Below, piece after piece: positions 19,025-29,310 of a DNA stretch of 64,000 nt. Location: the NCBI GenBank assembly GCA_011605725.1, contig JAAOZP010000017.1, positions 32,001 to 96,000 on the forward strand, in the 5' to 3' direction. Origin of the DNA: Nitrososphaerota archaeon. Its GTDB lineage: Archaea > Thermoproteota > EX4484-205 > JAAOZP01. The notes below the pieces were generated by a model. The model made no database searches. It saw only the letters and a program-made list of their open reading frames with translations, and was not told where the DNA came from. The translations under genes were made by a program, and so were the position numbers. Every line of letters begins with the position of its first letter. Position 1 is the first letter of the stretch.

Positions 19025-21019
19025 TCAGGAGAGGAACCCGCTTATCTCCCTCACGAGGTTTTCAATCTTCAAATGGGACTGCATGTCCTCCCTCCAGTCG
19101 GGGGGAAGCTTATCTCTTAGTCTTCCATATATCCTGCTGTCCATGATTACTATAACACCCCTATCCTGCTGGCTTCTTATAAGCCTACCCGCCATCTGGG
19201 CTAAGGCAACTATGCATGGCGTGGTGCTAGCATATTCGAAAGCTTTTTCGCCAAACTTCTTCTCATAGTATTTTAAAAGAGCCTCATGCATCTCACTCCT
19301 TTTAGGATAGGGTAGGCCGACTATTACGACTGCGGAAAGGAGGGAGGAGCCCTCGCTCGTAAGGTCCACACCCTCGCTTATCTTGCCCCTGGCAACACCT
19401 ACCGCCACACAATTATCGTTATCCTTGAGGAATCTTAACACATCCCTAACCCTGGTCTTCAAGTCCTCCCTTATTATCGGACGGCTTATCATGATTCTCG
19501 CTGAAACCCTCTCCATCAGCTCGTAAGACGGAAAGTATACTGCTACCCTCCCGTTTACTGATTCAATTATTCTCTCGAGTCTCTCAGCTATCCTGCCCAC
19601 CATCTCCTCCCTAAGCTCATACTTGGTTGTCACAGCCCTGTCCACGAGAATCAGCCTGTTTTCCCTTTTAAACGGCGAGGGAAGGGAGAGCGTCACCACC
19701 CGGTGCTCATCCAAGCCTAAAACATCCTTATAGTAGTTGAAGTCCCATAGTGTTCCAGACATTAAAACGGCTGACCTGACCCTGTTCAGGCTTCGCGTCG
19801 CCCTTGAAACATCCAGCGAGCATATTCCAATCCTCACTATCCTCCTGCCGCCAGCATCCTTCTCAACCCTAGCATACCTCACAGTGTCCTCAGAGTCTTC
19901 GGAAACCCATTTTTGAACAAACTCGGCGATCCTTCCAAGGTGTGACACAGGTGGCTTCCCGGAATCCATTTTCATCGAAACTATTCTTTCAGATTCATCC
20001 ATCATTTTCTGAAGGATTTCAAGCACTTTTCCCCCTGGAAGGCTAAGGGCCTTGAACAGAGAAGCTTCTTCCCCTTCTAAAACATGGTTCTCCCCTACGC
20101 CCACCTGCTTCAAAGCGTTTCTACCAAGCCTATCCATGAAAGCTTTGAAAAGCCTTATGAAACGTTTTTCTTCAAACCCGTACTCTACAGCCTCTTTCCA
20201 AGCTCTTAACAGGGTTCTCGTGGAAACCTCGTCTGAGAGAAGCCCTGAAGCAGCGGAAGGTAGGGAATGAGCCTCGTCGAAAACAATGTTCACACTGCTC
20301 ATCTGCATCCTCCCCCTGGCGAATATGCTTCTTCTAGCCTCATCTATCAGAAAATGATTGTAGTTGCCTATTATAACGTCTGATTCCGCAGCAGCCAGCC
20401 TGGTGAGTTCATACGGACACATGCCTCGTGAGGAAGCCTCCTCGTATACTTCCTCCGGGGTTAAGACCCGTTTGACACTGGTCTCCTCCAGAAAAACCAT
20501 TGCCTTCCTAGAGGGCCTCCAGTCCCTGAAGACTTCAGTGTAGAAGGTGCATAAGGATCCTGAAGCATTCTTCTTAAGCCTGCTGCAATACGTTAGGAAG
20601 CTCCGGTAATCCATTCTCCCAACATCCATCCTCCCCCTGGCTAAGGGGCACATCTCCTGCCTGCTCACCATCAGCGTTGCCCTGAGGACTGCCCCAGTTT
20701 TTTCAGCAATCGTCTTAAGCTCCCTAGCGTATATTTCAAGCTCGTTCCTAGTCCTAGTCAGGATGAACAGTTTCCCAACCTCCTCAATCTCCCTCGCCAT
20801 CAAGTATGCTGTTAAAACTGAAACTGATTTCCCGGTTCCACATGGAGACGATAATAACCCTATCCTCCCCCTGGTGAAAACGTTGAGTATGAACCCTATT
20901 GCTTCAAGCTGGTGCCCCCTGAACTCTGAATAGGGAAAGTATTTTCTAGCCCATTTCTCAACCGTCTGGTGCAAAGGCTTCCGCATCCTAATCATGGATA
21001 CGCTTAAAAGCGTTAACAC
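19025..21019 (-). CDS. xpd: XPD/Rad3/DinG family Fe-S DNA helicase
   Basis: Q motif FRGHQ, Walker A SPCGTGKS, four Fe-S cysteines incl. CPYE, DEAH box, MSGTL, GKISEGVD, QMAGRLIR. Confidence 0.92.
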   Translation of the reverse strand: MLTLLSVSMIRMRKPLHQTVEKWARKYFPYSEFRGHQLEAIGFILNVFTRGRIGLLSSPCGTGKSVSVLTAYLMAREIEEVGKLFILTRTRNELEIYARELKTIAEKTGAVLRATLMVSRQEMCPLARGRMDVGRMDYRSFLTYCSRLKKNASGSLCTFYTEVFRDWRPSRKAMVFLEETSVKRVLTPEEVYEEASSRGMCPYELTRLAAAESDVIIGNYNHFLIDEARRSIFARGRMQMSSVNIVFDEAHSLPSAASGLLSDEVSTRTLLRAWKEAVEYGFEEKRFIRLFKAFMDRLGRNALKQVGVGENHVLEGEEASLFKALSLPGGKVLEILQKMMDESERIVSMKMDSGKPPVSHLGRIAEFVQKWVSEDSEDTVRYARVEKDAGGRRIVRIGICSLDVSRATRSLNRVRSAVLMSGTLWDFNYYKDVLGLDEHRVVTLSLPSPFKRENRLILVDRAVTTKYELREEMVGRIAERLERIIESVNGRVAVYFPSYELMERVSARIMISRPIIREDLKTRVRDVLRFLKDNDNCVAVGVARGKISEGVDLTSEGSSLLSAVVIVGLPYPKRSEMHEALLKYYEKKFGEKAFEYASTTPCIVALAQMAGRLIRSQQDRGVIVIMDSRIYGRLRDKLPPDWREDMQSHLKIENLVREISGFLS

Positions 21020-21025
21020 GCTTGC

Positions 21026-24000
21026 CTAACGCTGAGAATCCTGTTTTACACGGCCACTACTTCTCTCTTTCCCCTCGTCTTTAAAGCCTCTCCTCCTACG
21101 CCTCATTCTTAAAGCGAGAGCAGCCAGCAGCGGGGTTACGGATATCAGTGGAAACAGGTTTGTCTCTCGATTACTCCAAACCCTGACTGCGTGGGGAACA
21201 GTGTTCTCAGAGTATGCTACAAGTATAACTGGGTTTAAACCGTTCCCATCCGGAAGCTCTAGGCAGGCTTCCAGACATGAGCCTGGTTCAAGGTCTCCAA
21301 GGTTTTTTTCAACACCCGTATCCGCCACCTTAACCCTGACATTCCTGACGACAAGATGCTTAGCGAGAGACCTAACCCTGACCATAATCCTCCTCCCGTC
21401 GTACTCCGCATGATCTATTTTTAGCGCAAGCCTCTCGTCGAAGAAGAATCCTCCGGGAGGATTAAGAAACACGGTCATGCTTGAATTGTCACTCTGAACC
21501 TGGAGAACCCTTATTGAGCAGAATACTTCCGGAGGATATCCTTCAACCCTAATTTTAACCGGCAGACTGACAATGCCTGAATCAGCCTCAAGGCTTAGTA
21601 ACGCTTCAAACCCATACTGGTCGCCCTTTAAAACTGGGCTGCTCCAGTCAAGCCTAACAATCCTGACTCTGCAATCCCCGACTGTTCTCCATATGCCGGA
21701 GGGATGCGGATCCCATTTGAAGACGATTATTCTCTCAACGCAGGAAGAGTTATATTCAGAATCGCTCAAAAACAGCATTATTCTACCATTATCGTCTGAC
21801 AGAATCCTCTTTCCAGAGAGGCTTGTGTAGACGGGTAGGCTGCTTGCAGGGGAGCCGTTGTGAGCCCAGTGCGCCGTGGCGCAGAACACCCTGGTCCCGT
21901 TCAAGTCCAAAACGTAGTCGGAGGTTATGTTGAAGGCTGTGAAAACAGCCTCGATACTGAGCATGTCGCTGTAAACATTTTCTTCAAGCACCTTCACGCA
22001 GTAATGGTAAACACCTGGCTTAGACTCGGTCCAGTTGAAGCTAACCCCGTCGCTGGAGACTATAGTGCTTCTCACGACTGTCCCGTTTGAAGACAATACT
22101 CCAACCCTAATCCCGTGGGCAATACTATTGTTGCACTGCCACACAACCCTGGGTATCGTTATGTTGAGAAGATCCATTATGTTCAGCATAATGCTGAAGG
22201 AATAGTTTTCCAGAAGAATATTGTTCAAGAAAACCCTGGGGCAAGTGTCGTTAGGATTGCTGAATCTCACCCAGTTGGGAAACAGGGTTACGGTGCATGG
22301 TTCAACGCAGCCTAGGAAACCGGCAGCGTCGAAAGATGCTTTGGAAAAACCTTTTTCAGGTATTCTCAGCCTGAAGGATGCTGGACTCTTCCCGACGAGC
22401 CCGGTTTCAACCCATCTTACTTCAATCCCTTTCAGCAGCATGCTGTTGAACGAGAGCCTTGCTGAAACAGTTATCTCAACCTCTTCTCCCGGTCTACCTA
22501 CTACAATTGTTCTAGACGGTTCCAGCACTATTCTAGTGAAGATGATCCTAAGATGGGTCTCCCCCTCTATGAACCCGTCGCTCGCCTTCAACTCTCCCTC
22601 GTAAGCAACATCCCTGCCGGTTAACCTTAGAGTTGCAGCTCCGTCAACCCCTGTTAGGACAGAGGAGCCTGAAGGCTTAAACTCCACCAGCACGCCGGCG
22701 ACCGGTGTGAGGCTGTGAGAATAAACTGTTTTTACTGAAAAGCTTGGTGAAGCATTGTTGCAAGCGTAGTAGGAGCCTTCTAAGAAAACAGCGTCTACGG
22801 TTGAGACCTCAAGCTTAATCAGTGTGAAAACTATTCTTACGCAAGCCTCCTGGCTCAACCCGGCCCCGTTCTCGTCGACCACGACGAAGGTTAAGCAGGT
22901 TTCGCAGTCTTTCTCAACATACGTGAAAACCGCCTCTCCATCTTTACTGGTTAAAGCCTTGTTTCCGAAGGAATCCCTTATCCTAATCCCAGCCGCTGGA
23001 CTGCCGTCATGAGAGTGGTATGCTGCAACAGTGACGACCACGGAGGAACCGCTCCTAGCCCAGTAAGCACTGTTTCTAAGAACCCCGCCTGAAACACTTT
23101 TCACACTAAGCCTGTAGGAGGACCATGTGACTGTGAAGGTCACGTTACCGCCAGTCGTAGAAGTTATACCCATGTAAACTCCTTTAGGAGGGTTGAAAGA
23201 GTATTTCCTGACACCGGGGATGGATTCTGAGACCCTATAAACTTCTATCCTAGAGTATTCCCCAAGACAGTCGTAAACCCTAACCCTGAGCTCAACAGTC
23301 TCGCCCAGCATGTGTAAACCCAGATCAGACGGTCCAATCGGCTCGATCCCCATGGAGTCGAAACGTAGACTTATCTGCGGTAAGTCGACTGTAAGCGTTA
23401 ACTCATCAGTCCTGTTTCTAGATGAGAAAAAAATTCTTCTGGAGAAAACTCCTCCGCCAAGCTTCTTTAAGACGCAGCTGCCAGTTTCAACCCCGCTGGC
23501 AGCATCCTCCACAACCCATCCGTCTGCGCTGTAGAACCTTATTCTCTGAGACCAGTATACAGTAGAGCCGCTGTCAGCCCACGCGTCTAATCCGTGTACA
23601 AATGTTGAACCGGTCATGTTTAAGCCCAGGTACTCTATGGTCGTTACAAGGTATTCTCCTGAGGTGAATCCGACTTCATCCCCGTTGCTAACCGCTACAG
23701 CGATAATTTTCACCCCTGTTTCCGCAGTTCCCTCAGAGTAGACAGCGTCCACCCGGTATCCCTCGAGTGGTTCAACAAGCGGAGCCGAGCCCCCTATTCT
23801 CACCAGAACCGGGCTTGAGAAAAACCATGTATCCCTGTTAACTCCTGTGAACAATGCTTGCTGAAGGCTTCCCGGAGCCCCGCAGCCGGTTTTCTCAACA
23901 CTGTTCCAAACAGCTTTCCAGCTTACGAAACCAGCATCCGGATCTCCCGGAAGCCTGAAGGTGAAAACATGAGTCACCTTCCCATTCAGAGCAGCTTCAG

Positions 24001-24577
24001 CCTGGTGGGACTCAGCCTTAACCATTCCCGTACTCTCTATTTTAATATCCATAGTTGCACAGGCCATGGAGCGTTCTTCATAGATGTTTGAAACCACCTT
24101 CACTACGATGCCTATTGTAAGCTCAACAGTATGAGTACCCGGTTTGAGCTTCGCAGCTTTAGAGTAGCAGCTTGCCCACCAGTATTCTTTTCCAAGCTCG
24201 TAAACCTTCGCACCGTCCACGTAAACCTTCAGATACTTTTCCTGAATAATCCAGCCGTCTGGAACAGGGTTACGGTCGTCTCCACAAACATAAATGTTTG
24301 CCTCTTCTCCTTCGGGAACAGTGATTGTCGCAGTGGCTGTTTTCAAGTCGCCGTATACCCCTTGACCGTTAGCCCTAATCTGGAGATAGCCTGTTCCGCC
24401 GCACCAGAGACTCTTACTGAAAGAATAGCTTATTTGAACAGTATCCGTCTTTAAACCGCTCCACGAGTAGGAGGCCGGTATGCTTCCAGGATGGGCGTCA
24501 GCCTGAACCAGGTATTGAAGCAGGACTATGGCTAAAGTAGGCAGCAGGGTTCTCCAAATTATTTTCGAAGCCCGCAT
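21026..24577 (-). CDS. Large cell-surface protein with tandem Ig-like repeats and C-terminal membrane anchor
   Basis: Signal peptide; repeats such as SHDGSPAAGIRI, SHSLTPVAGVLV, AHNGSPASSLPV; C-terminal hydrophobic stretch followed by RMRRRRR. Confidence 0.75.
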   Translation of the reverse strand: MRASKIIWRTLLPTLAIVLLQYLVQADAHPGSIPASYSWSGLKTDTVQISYSFSKSLWCGGTGYLQIRANGQGVYGDLKTATATITVPEGEEANIYVCGDDRNPVPDGWIIQEKYLKVYVDGAKVYELGKEYWWASCYSKAAKLKPGTHTVELTIGIVVKVVSNIYEERSMACATMDIKIESTGMVKAESHQAEAALNGKVTHVFTFRLPGDPDAGFVSWKAVWNSVEKTGCGAPGSLQQALFTGVNRDTWFFSSPVLVRIGGSAPLVEPLEGYRVDAVYSEGTAETGVKIIAVAVSNGDEVGFTSGEYLVTTIEYLGLNMTGSTFVHGLDAWADSGSTVYWSQRIRFYSADGWVVEDAASGVETGSCVLKKLGGGVFSRRIFFSSRNRTDELTLTVDLPQISLRFDSMGIEPIGPSDLGLHMLGETVELRVRVYDCLGEYSRIEVYRVSESIPGVRKYSFNPPKGVYMGITSTTGGNVTFTVTWSSYRLSVKSVSGGVLRNSAYWARSGSSVVVTVAAYHSHDGSPAAGIRIRDSFGNKALTSKDGEAVFTYVEKDCETCLTFVVVDENGAGLSQEACVRIVFTLIKLEVSTVDAVFLEGSYYACNNASPSFSVKTVYSHSLTPVAGVLVEFKPSGSSVLTGVDGAATLRLTGRDVAYEGELKASDGFIEGETHLRIIFTRIVLEPSRTIVVGRPGEEVEITVSARLSFNSMLLKGIEVRWVETGLVGKSPASFRLRIPEKGFSKASFDAAGFLGCVEPCTVTLFPNWVRFSNPNDTCPRVFLNNILLENYSFSIMLNIMDLLNITIPRVVWQCNNSIAHGIRVGVLSSNGTVVRSTIVSSDGVSFNWTESKPGVYHYCVKVLEENVYSDMLSIEAVFTAFNITSDYVLDLNGTRVFCATAHWAHNGSPASSLPVYTSLSGKRILSDDNGRIMLFLSDSEYNSSCVERIIVFKWDPHPSGIWRTVGDCRVRIVRLDWSSPVLKGDQYGFEALLSLEADSGIVSLPVKIRVEGYPPEVFCSIRVLQVQSDNSSMTVFLNPPGGFFFDERLALKIDHAEYDGRRIMVRVRSLAKHLVVRNVRVKVADTGVEKNLGDLEPGSCLEACLELPDGNGLNPVILVAYSENTVPHAVRVWSNRETNLFPLISVTPLLAALALRMRRRRRGFKDEGKERSSGRVKQDSQR

Positions 24578-24604
24578 TCCGATGAAATCTTGTCACCCGT
24601 ACAC

Positions 24605-25492
24605 TTAAGCACCAATATTGCTTGAAACAGCCTGGGCGAGATTGAGAAAATCCTGAACACTAAGCTCGAAAACCCTGCTTCTCTCCGGGATAATTTGGAA
24701 AACACTGTTGTAAGCATGCTTCCCCTTCTCCCCGTAAAGCTTTTCAAGACTGTTTCTTAAAACTTTTCTCGCAAGCCTGTTTCTCTGGCTGAACATTGTT
24801 CTAAGCAGGTTTTCCAGAATATTCATGTCCACATTTCTTCTCGAAGGTTTGAAACAGAGGACTGCGTGAGCAACCTTAGGCCTGGGATAGAACGAGGAGG
24901 AGGGGAAAAAGCCTAGCACGCGTGGCTCAGCCACCGTGTTAACCGAGACCGTCAACCTGCCGTAGCCTCTTGTCCCCGGTTTCGAGACGATTCTCTCAGC
25001 AACCTCCTTCTGCACGGTGACCACGGCTTTCTCAAAGCTCTGCCCCAGGATTTTGAATATTACTGGGGTTGAAACATGGTAAGGGATGTTCCCAGTGTAA
25101 ACGTTACCGTTTAAATCTATCTGTGTGAAGTCGCCTTGAACAACCTCAACGTTTTTAAAAGTTGAGAACCGGTCTTTCAAAACCCTTACGAGCACAGGGT
25201 CTATTTCAACAGCCTTAACTTTTGAACCATGCTTAGCCAGTTCGAACGTCAAGGTTCCCAATCCTGCTCCTATTTCAACAATAACATCGTTCGGCTTAGG
25301 CTGAATGTTTTCAACAATCGTTTTCACCAGATGTTCGTCGACGACAAAGCTTTGGCTAAGCCTCTTTTTAGGCCTTATTCCGTATTTCTTTATCAGACGG
25401 ATTGTCTCTGCGAAAAGTTCTCCACGATACGGGTGAGGAATGCTCCTGCTTGTCTGCGAGCCTACTCCTCTCCTAGTCGACACGTAGTTCAA
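24605..25492 (-). CDS. rsmA: 16S rRNA m6,2A dimethyltransferase KsgA/Dim1
   Basis: PKKRLSQSF, EIGAGLG, GNIPYH, QKEVAER, YGRLTV, FYPRPKV. Start codon uncertain. Confidence 0.95.
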   Translation of the reverse strand: MNYVSTRRGVGSQTSRSIPHPYRGELFAETIRLIKKYGIRPKKRLSQSFVVDEHLVKTIVENIQPKPNDVIVEIGAGLGTLTFELAKHGSKVKAVEIDPVLVRVLKDRFSTFKNVEVVQGDFTQIDLNGNVYTGNIPYHVSTPVIFKILGQSFEKAVVTVQKEVAERIVSKPGTRGYGRLTVSVNTVAEPRVLGFFPSSSFYPRPKVAHAVLCFKPSRRNVDMNILENLLRTMFSQRNRLARKVLRNSLEKLYGEKGKHAYNSVFQIIPERSRVFELSVQDFLNLAQAVSSNIGA

Positions 25493-26951
25493 GAGTATAC
25501 ACGCTAACTGCCTTCAACAATGGGAAAGCCATGTTGGGCGGAGTATATTCCACGCACAGCTCAACGTTAATCATGTAGACACCGCTGGCAACAGTCCTCT
25601 TCAAATCCATGCTTAAGAATATGAATCTTGCTTCCCCGACTGTTATGTTCACACTTTCAATGCTTACCCCTATCTTCGGGAATCCCTCGCCAGTTGAAAA
25701 GTAAAACATGCCTAAATCCGATGGTGCATACGTATCTGACGGGTCATGCTTGTTTACCCTCAGGAAAACTTTGCCTTCAAACCCGTTTAAAGACCCGATT
25801 AGAAAATCGACGGTAGTCTTCCCGCCGGGTGACGCGTCTACACGTGGAAAATACGCCACTATGCCTGGAGCAGGATCATTATAGGTTGAAGAAACATTCG
25901 CAACCCCCAGCTTAACCACCTTTAACTCGCGATTGCGCGACGGGGTTTCTACAACAAAGGTTAAATCATTTATTCCGAATGGGGAACGCTCATCTATCTC
26001 CATCGTAATAACCACCCCGCTGTAGTTCCTCGGGGCTAAAAAGAAGTTGCTACCGTTAAACTCGATGAGACTGAGCCCAATATGGCTTGAGTAAACATGC
26101 ACTGTTTCGTCGAAACCGTAGAGCGGTGTAACGCTCACCAGGATGTTCACAACATCACCTGGCTTAGCAATAGTGATGTTCGGTTTGAAGCATATTTTGA
26201 AGTCTGGCGGAGGAGCCTCTGAAACTTCTATCGTCAGATTCACCAGAGCCTGATAGCTCGGCGATTTTAAAACCACTGTGAAATTATTAACACCAACTGG
26301 AATGCTCCTATTTGTTTTAACACTTATCCCAAGCATTTTCACACCCTTATCTATAACGCTTTTCTCAAGCATTGAACCCGGTAGACCCATTATCGAAACG
26401 TTTACAGTCTCGTTGAACCCGGCGTGCGGGGTTATTGAAATGTTCAACAGGAATGATTCAGTCTGAATGATGCTTGCGGGTTGAAGGTTCACACTGGCTT
26501 CAAACCAGGGTTTCTCAACCTCTTTAACGACCATTTCAAGACATGTTTTCCTCTCAACCTCCAAGTATGAGCCTGAAATGTTAACTAAATACGTGCCTGC
26601 AGAGAGACCAGTTGTGTTCAGAGTTAAGATAGCGTTTCTCGAAGACGGGGATAGAACCCAATTTGAAACAGAGTAGTCGATGCCAACCGGGTTTTCAATC
26701 TTAAGGACTACGCTTCCCTGAAAAGCACCCTCCGGCACAAGGGTTATGAGCATGTTCACAACCTTTCCTTGAAAAACCTCTACCCGCGTAGTGTTCAGCT
26801 CAAGCCTGAAGTCGTACACGGGCGGAGGGGGTGTGAGAACCTTCGTGAACAGAAAGTAGACAAGAACTACTGCAAGCAGAGCTACCGAGACTACTGCGAT
26901 GATTGGAAGCAGTCTTCTAATCTTCTCCTCATCCTCGCCCGGTTCGAACAA
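25473..26951 (-). CDS. Membrane-anchored surface protein with four Ig-like repeats
   Basis: N-terminal TM helix, poly-Pro, then four repeats (F..V...G....I.P..GF...V.L); many NxS/T sequons. Confidence 0.75.
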   Translation of the reverse strand: MFEPGEDEEKIRRLLPIIAVVSVALLAVVLVYFLFTKVLTPPPPVYDFRLELNTTRVEVFQGKVVNMLITLVPEGAFQGSVVLKIENPVGIDYSVSNWVLSPSSRNAILTLNTTGLSAGTYLVNISGSYLEVERKTCLEMVVKEVEKPWFEASVNLQPASIIQTESFLLNISITPHAGFNETVNVSIMGLPGSMLEKSVIDKGVKMLGISVKTNRSIPVGVNNFTVVLKSPSYQALVNLTIEVSEAPPPDFKICFKPNITIAKPGDVVNILVSVTPLYGFDETVHVYSSHIGLSLIEFNGSNFFLAPRNYSGVVITMEIDERSPFGINDLTFVVETPSRNRELKVVKLGVANVSSTYNDPAPGIVAYFPRVDASPGGKTTVDFLIGSLNGFEGKVFLRVNKHDPSDTYAPSDLGMFYFSTGEGFPKIGVSIESVNITVGEARFIFLSMDLKRTVASGVYMINVELCVEYTPPNMAFPLLKAVSVYTLELRVD

Positions 26952-27037
26952 GTGTCGCCTATAATGGTAAAGAAGGATTTTTAAAGTTCTCGTTTAAACA
27001 GAAACTCTTTAAAGCCTCCTGTAAGTTATGAAGAATT

Positions 27038-28252
27038 ATGCCCCTGGATCCCTACGTCGTCAGAGAGGATTTTCCCATCCTTAAAAGGGTTATAAACGGT
27101 AAAAGCCTTGTTTACTTTAACAATGCTGCGACAACCCAGAAGCCAGTTCAAGTTGTGGAAGCCATAAAAAACTATTATTACAATTATAACTCTGATGTTA
27201 TGCGTAGCGTAAACACGTTGAGCTCTCAGGCGACTGAGCTCTACATGGAGGCGAGGCGTAAAATAGCTGGGTTCATAAGCGCGCAGGAGGATGAAATAGT
27301 TTTCACCAAGAACACGACTGAGGGCTTAAACATGATTGCGGAAGCACTCTCCGGGAGAATCAGGGAGGGGTCTGTGGTCGTGACGAGCATAATGGAGCAT
27401 CACAGCAACCTCCTGCCCTGGAGGAGAGTTGCAACTAGAAACGGCGGGAGGCTGACGATAGTTGGAATGAACCGGGATTTCACGATAGACATGGATATGG
27501 TTGAGAAAAGCCTTGAAGAAGGTTGTGAGATACTTACTGTCGTGCATGTTTCAAACGTTCTTGGAACGGTTAATCCTGCTGGCGAGCTTTCAAAGCTTGC
27601 TCACAAGCATGGAAGCCTCTTCATACTTGACGCTGCCCAGAGCGTGCCGCACATGCCTTTTAACGTTAAAGAAATAGATCCGGATGCTACGGCTTTCAGT
27701 GGCCACAAGATGCTTGGTCCGACAGGCATAGGAGTACTATATGTTAAGAGGCGTATTCTGGAAGAAGTTGAACCCCCGCTTCTCGGAGGCGGGATGGTTA
27801 AGACAGTTACCCTTGGAAACCAGGTTTATGAGGACATTCCCTTCAGGTTTGAAGCCGGCACTCCCAATATTGAGGGCGTAATCGGGCTAGCAGCCGCCGT
27901 CGACTACCTGCGCAAGATAGGAATGGAGAATATTGCTGAACACGAGTTGAAACTGGTTAAGCACCTCTTGGAAGGATTAGACAGGAGCATGGTTGAGGTC
28001 TATGGACCCGGCGAGGCTGCGAAGCATGCCGGCATCTTAAGCTTCAACGTTAAGGGTGTTCACCCCCATGATGTGGCTCATTTTCTCGATGCAGACGGGA
28101 TCATGATAAGGTCGGGCGCCCTCTGTGCTGAGCCGCTTGTAAACGCTCTTGGAGTAAGCGCTGTCGCCAGAGTAAGCTTTTACCTCTACAACACCCTGGA
28201 GGAAGTCGACAGGTTTCACGAATCCGTCAGGAGGATGAAGCAATTCGTATAG
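27038..28252 (+). CDS. sufS: Cysteine desulfurase, SufS group II
   Basis: NAATTQKP, EHHSN, DAAQ, SGHKMLGPTGIG, FEAGTP, RSGALCA catalytic Cys. Confidence 0.95.
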   Translation: MPLDPYVVREDFPILKRVINGKSLVYFNNAATTQKPVQVVEAIKNYYYNYNSDVMRSVNTLSSQATELYMEARRKIAGFISAQEDEIVFTKNTTEGLNMIAEALSGRIREGSVVVTSIMEHHSNLLPWRRVATRNGGRLTIVGMNRDFTIDMDMVEKSLEEGCEILTVVHVSNVLGTVNPAGELSKLAHKHGSLFILDAAQSVPHMPFNVKEIDPDATAFSGHKMLGPTGIGVLYVKRRILEEVEPPLLGGGMVKTVTLGNQVYEDIPFRFEAGTPNIEGVIGLAAAVDYLRKIGMENIAEHELKLVKHLLEGLDRSMVEVYGPGEAAKHAGILSFNVKGVHPHDVAHFLDADGIMIRSGALCAEPLVNALGVSAVARVSFYLYNTLEEVDRFHESVRRMKQFV

Positions 28253-28303
28253 CTGCTGAACGGGTGAGGAACAACGGAGAGTTCAAAGAATCTCCGGGAA
28301 TTT

Positions 28304-28651
28304 TTGAAACGGTTTAAAAACCCTGCTAACTACGGCGTGATTGAGAATGCTGACCTTGTCTCGGAGGAGACGGATTACTCTTGCGGAGACAGGCTGAGAA
28401 TGTTTTTCAAGCTTGAAAACGGGAGGATTGTAAACGTGAAGTTTACCTCGGAAGCATGCTTGTTCTGCAATGCTTCAGCATCCCTACTCGCCGACCTGGT
28501 TAAGGGGAAAACGCTCGAACAGGCGCTCAGCCTTAAAGAAGACGATCTTCTAAGACTGTTCAACACGGATTCTAAAAGCCCTCGCTACCGCTGTATAATC
28601 CTCCCTTTAAGAGTCATGAAGAAGGCTCTCCAAGGAGTTGGGAAAAGCTAG
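28304..28651 (+). CDS. sufU: Fe-S cluster scaffold / sulfur acceptor, SufU/IscU-like
   Basis: FKNP.N.G, CGD, ACLFCNASAS, RYRC; directly downstream of sufS. Confidence 0.85.
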   Translation: MKRFKNPANYGVIENADLVSEETDYSCGDRLRMFFKLENGRIVNVKFTSEACLFCNASASLLADLVKGKTLEQALSLKEDDLLRLFNTDSKSPRYRCIILPLRVMKKALQGVGKS

Positions 28652-29310
28652 ACTCCACCGTTCTCCTCAGATCTTTTCGAAAGAATCTCGACCCAAGGAT
28701 TGTCTTTCAAGAAGGAAGGGAGTTCTCCAGCCTTCGTCTGCTCCTTAGGGGGAAAGGTTTTTCGAACAGGCTCTTCAACAGCCATTGTTTTACCCTCCAA
28801 TGTCCTCCTTAGATCCCTGACTTCCCTCAGCAACGAGAAGTATGCTTTTTCAAGAGAGTCGACTCTTTCAGAGAGCTCTCTTATCATCGACTCTATCCTC
28901 ATAAGGCTTCTCTCCAGAGACTGGGTTTCAACAGGTTTCTGAACCTGCCTGATTAGATCCTTCTTAAGCCTGTTCTCCGCCGGAAGCCTCTCCTCCACGC
29001 TGTAATCATCGTACAAGATTAATCCAACACCCTTCTTCAGGAAGGAAGCCGTCTCCACATCCTCCCCAAGGATTCTAGGGGCAGCAACGTAAACCATGCT
29101 GTACTCATCGGCTTTTTCGATCACCGAGGCTAGAGCCTCATAGAGAATAATCCTGTCCGCCTCCTCCTCGAAAAGTATTTTAACCAAGACTTCCTGCCTG
29201 CCGTTTGAGAAAACAAGTTCACTATTCTCCTCAGCATACTCTATAGTCTGGAAACCGTTTTTGGAAAAGTATTTCTCAACCCTCTGCACAACCCTTTTGG
29301 AGAAGCTCAT
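28648..29310 (-). CDS. Arcadin-2-like crenactin-binding protein
   Basis: Translationally coupled to crenactin (ATGA overlap at 29307-29310). C-terminal LPSFLKDNPWVEILSKR resembles the crenactin-binding C-terminal helix of Pyrobaculum arcadin-2 (N.WV.IL..R). Central coiled coil. Confidence 0.8.
   Translation of the reverse strand: MSFSKRVVQRVEKYFSKNGFQTIEYAEENSELVFSNGRQEVLVKILFEEEADRIILYEALASVIEKADEYSMVYVAAPRILGEDVETASFLKKGVGLILYDDYSVEERLPAENRLKKDLIRQVQKPVETQSLERSLMRIESMIRELSERVDSLEKAYFSLLREVRDLRRTLEGKTMAVEEPVRKTFPPKEQTKAGELPSFLKDNPWVEILSKRSEENGGV

Noticed and set aside
28253-28303. Possible TGA read-through or frameshift extending the sufU N-terminus
   Set aside because: No upstream start or SECIS-like hairpin; the TTG start retains all conserved motifs.
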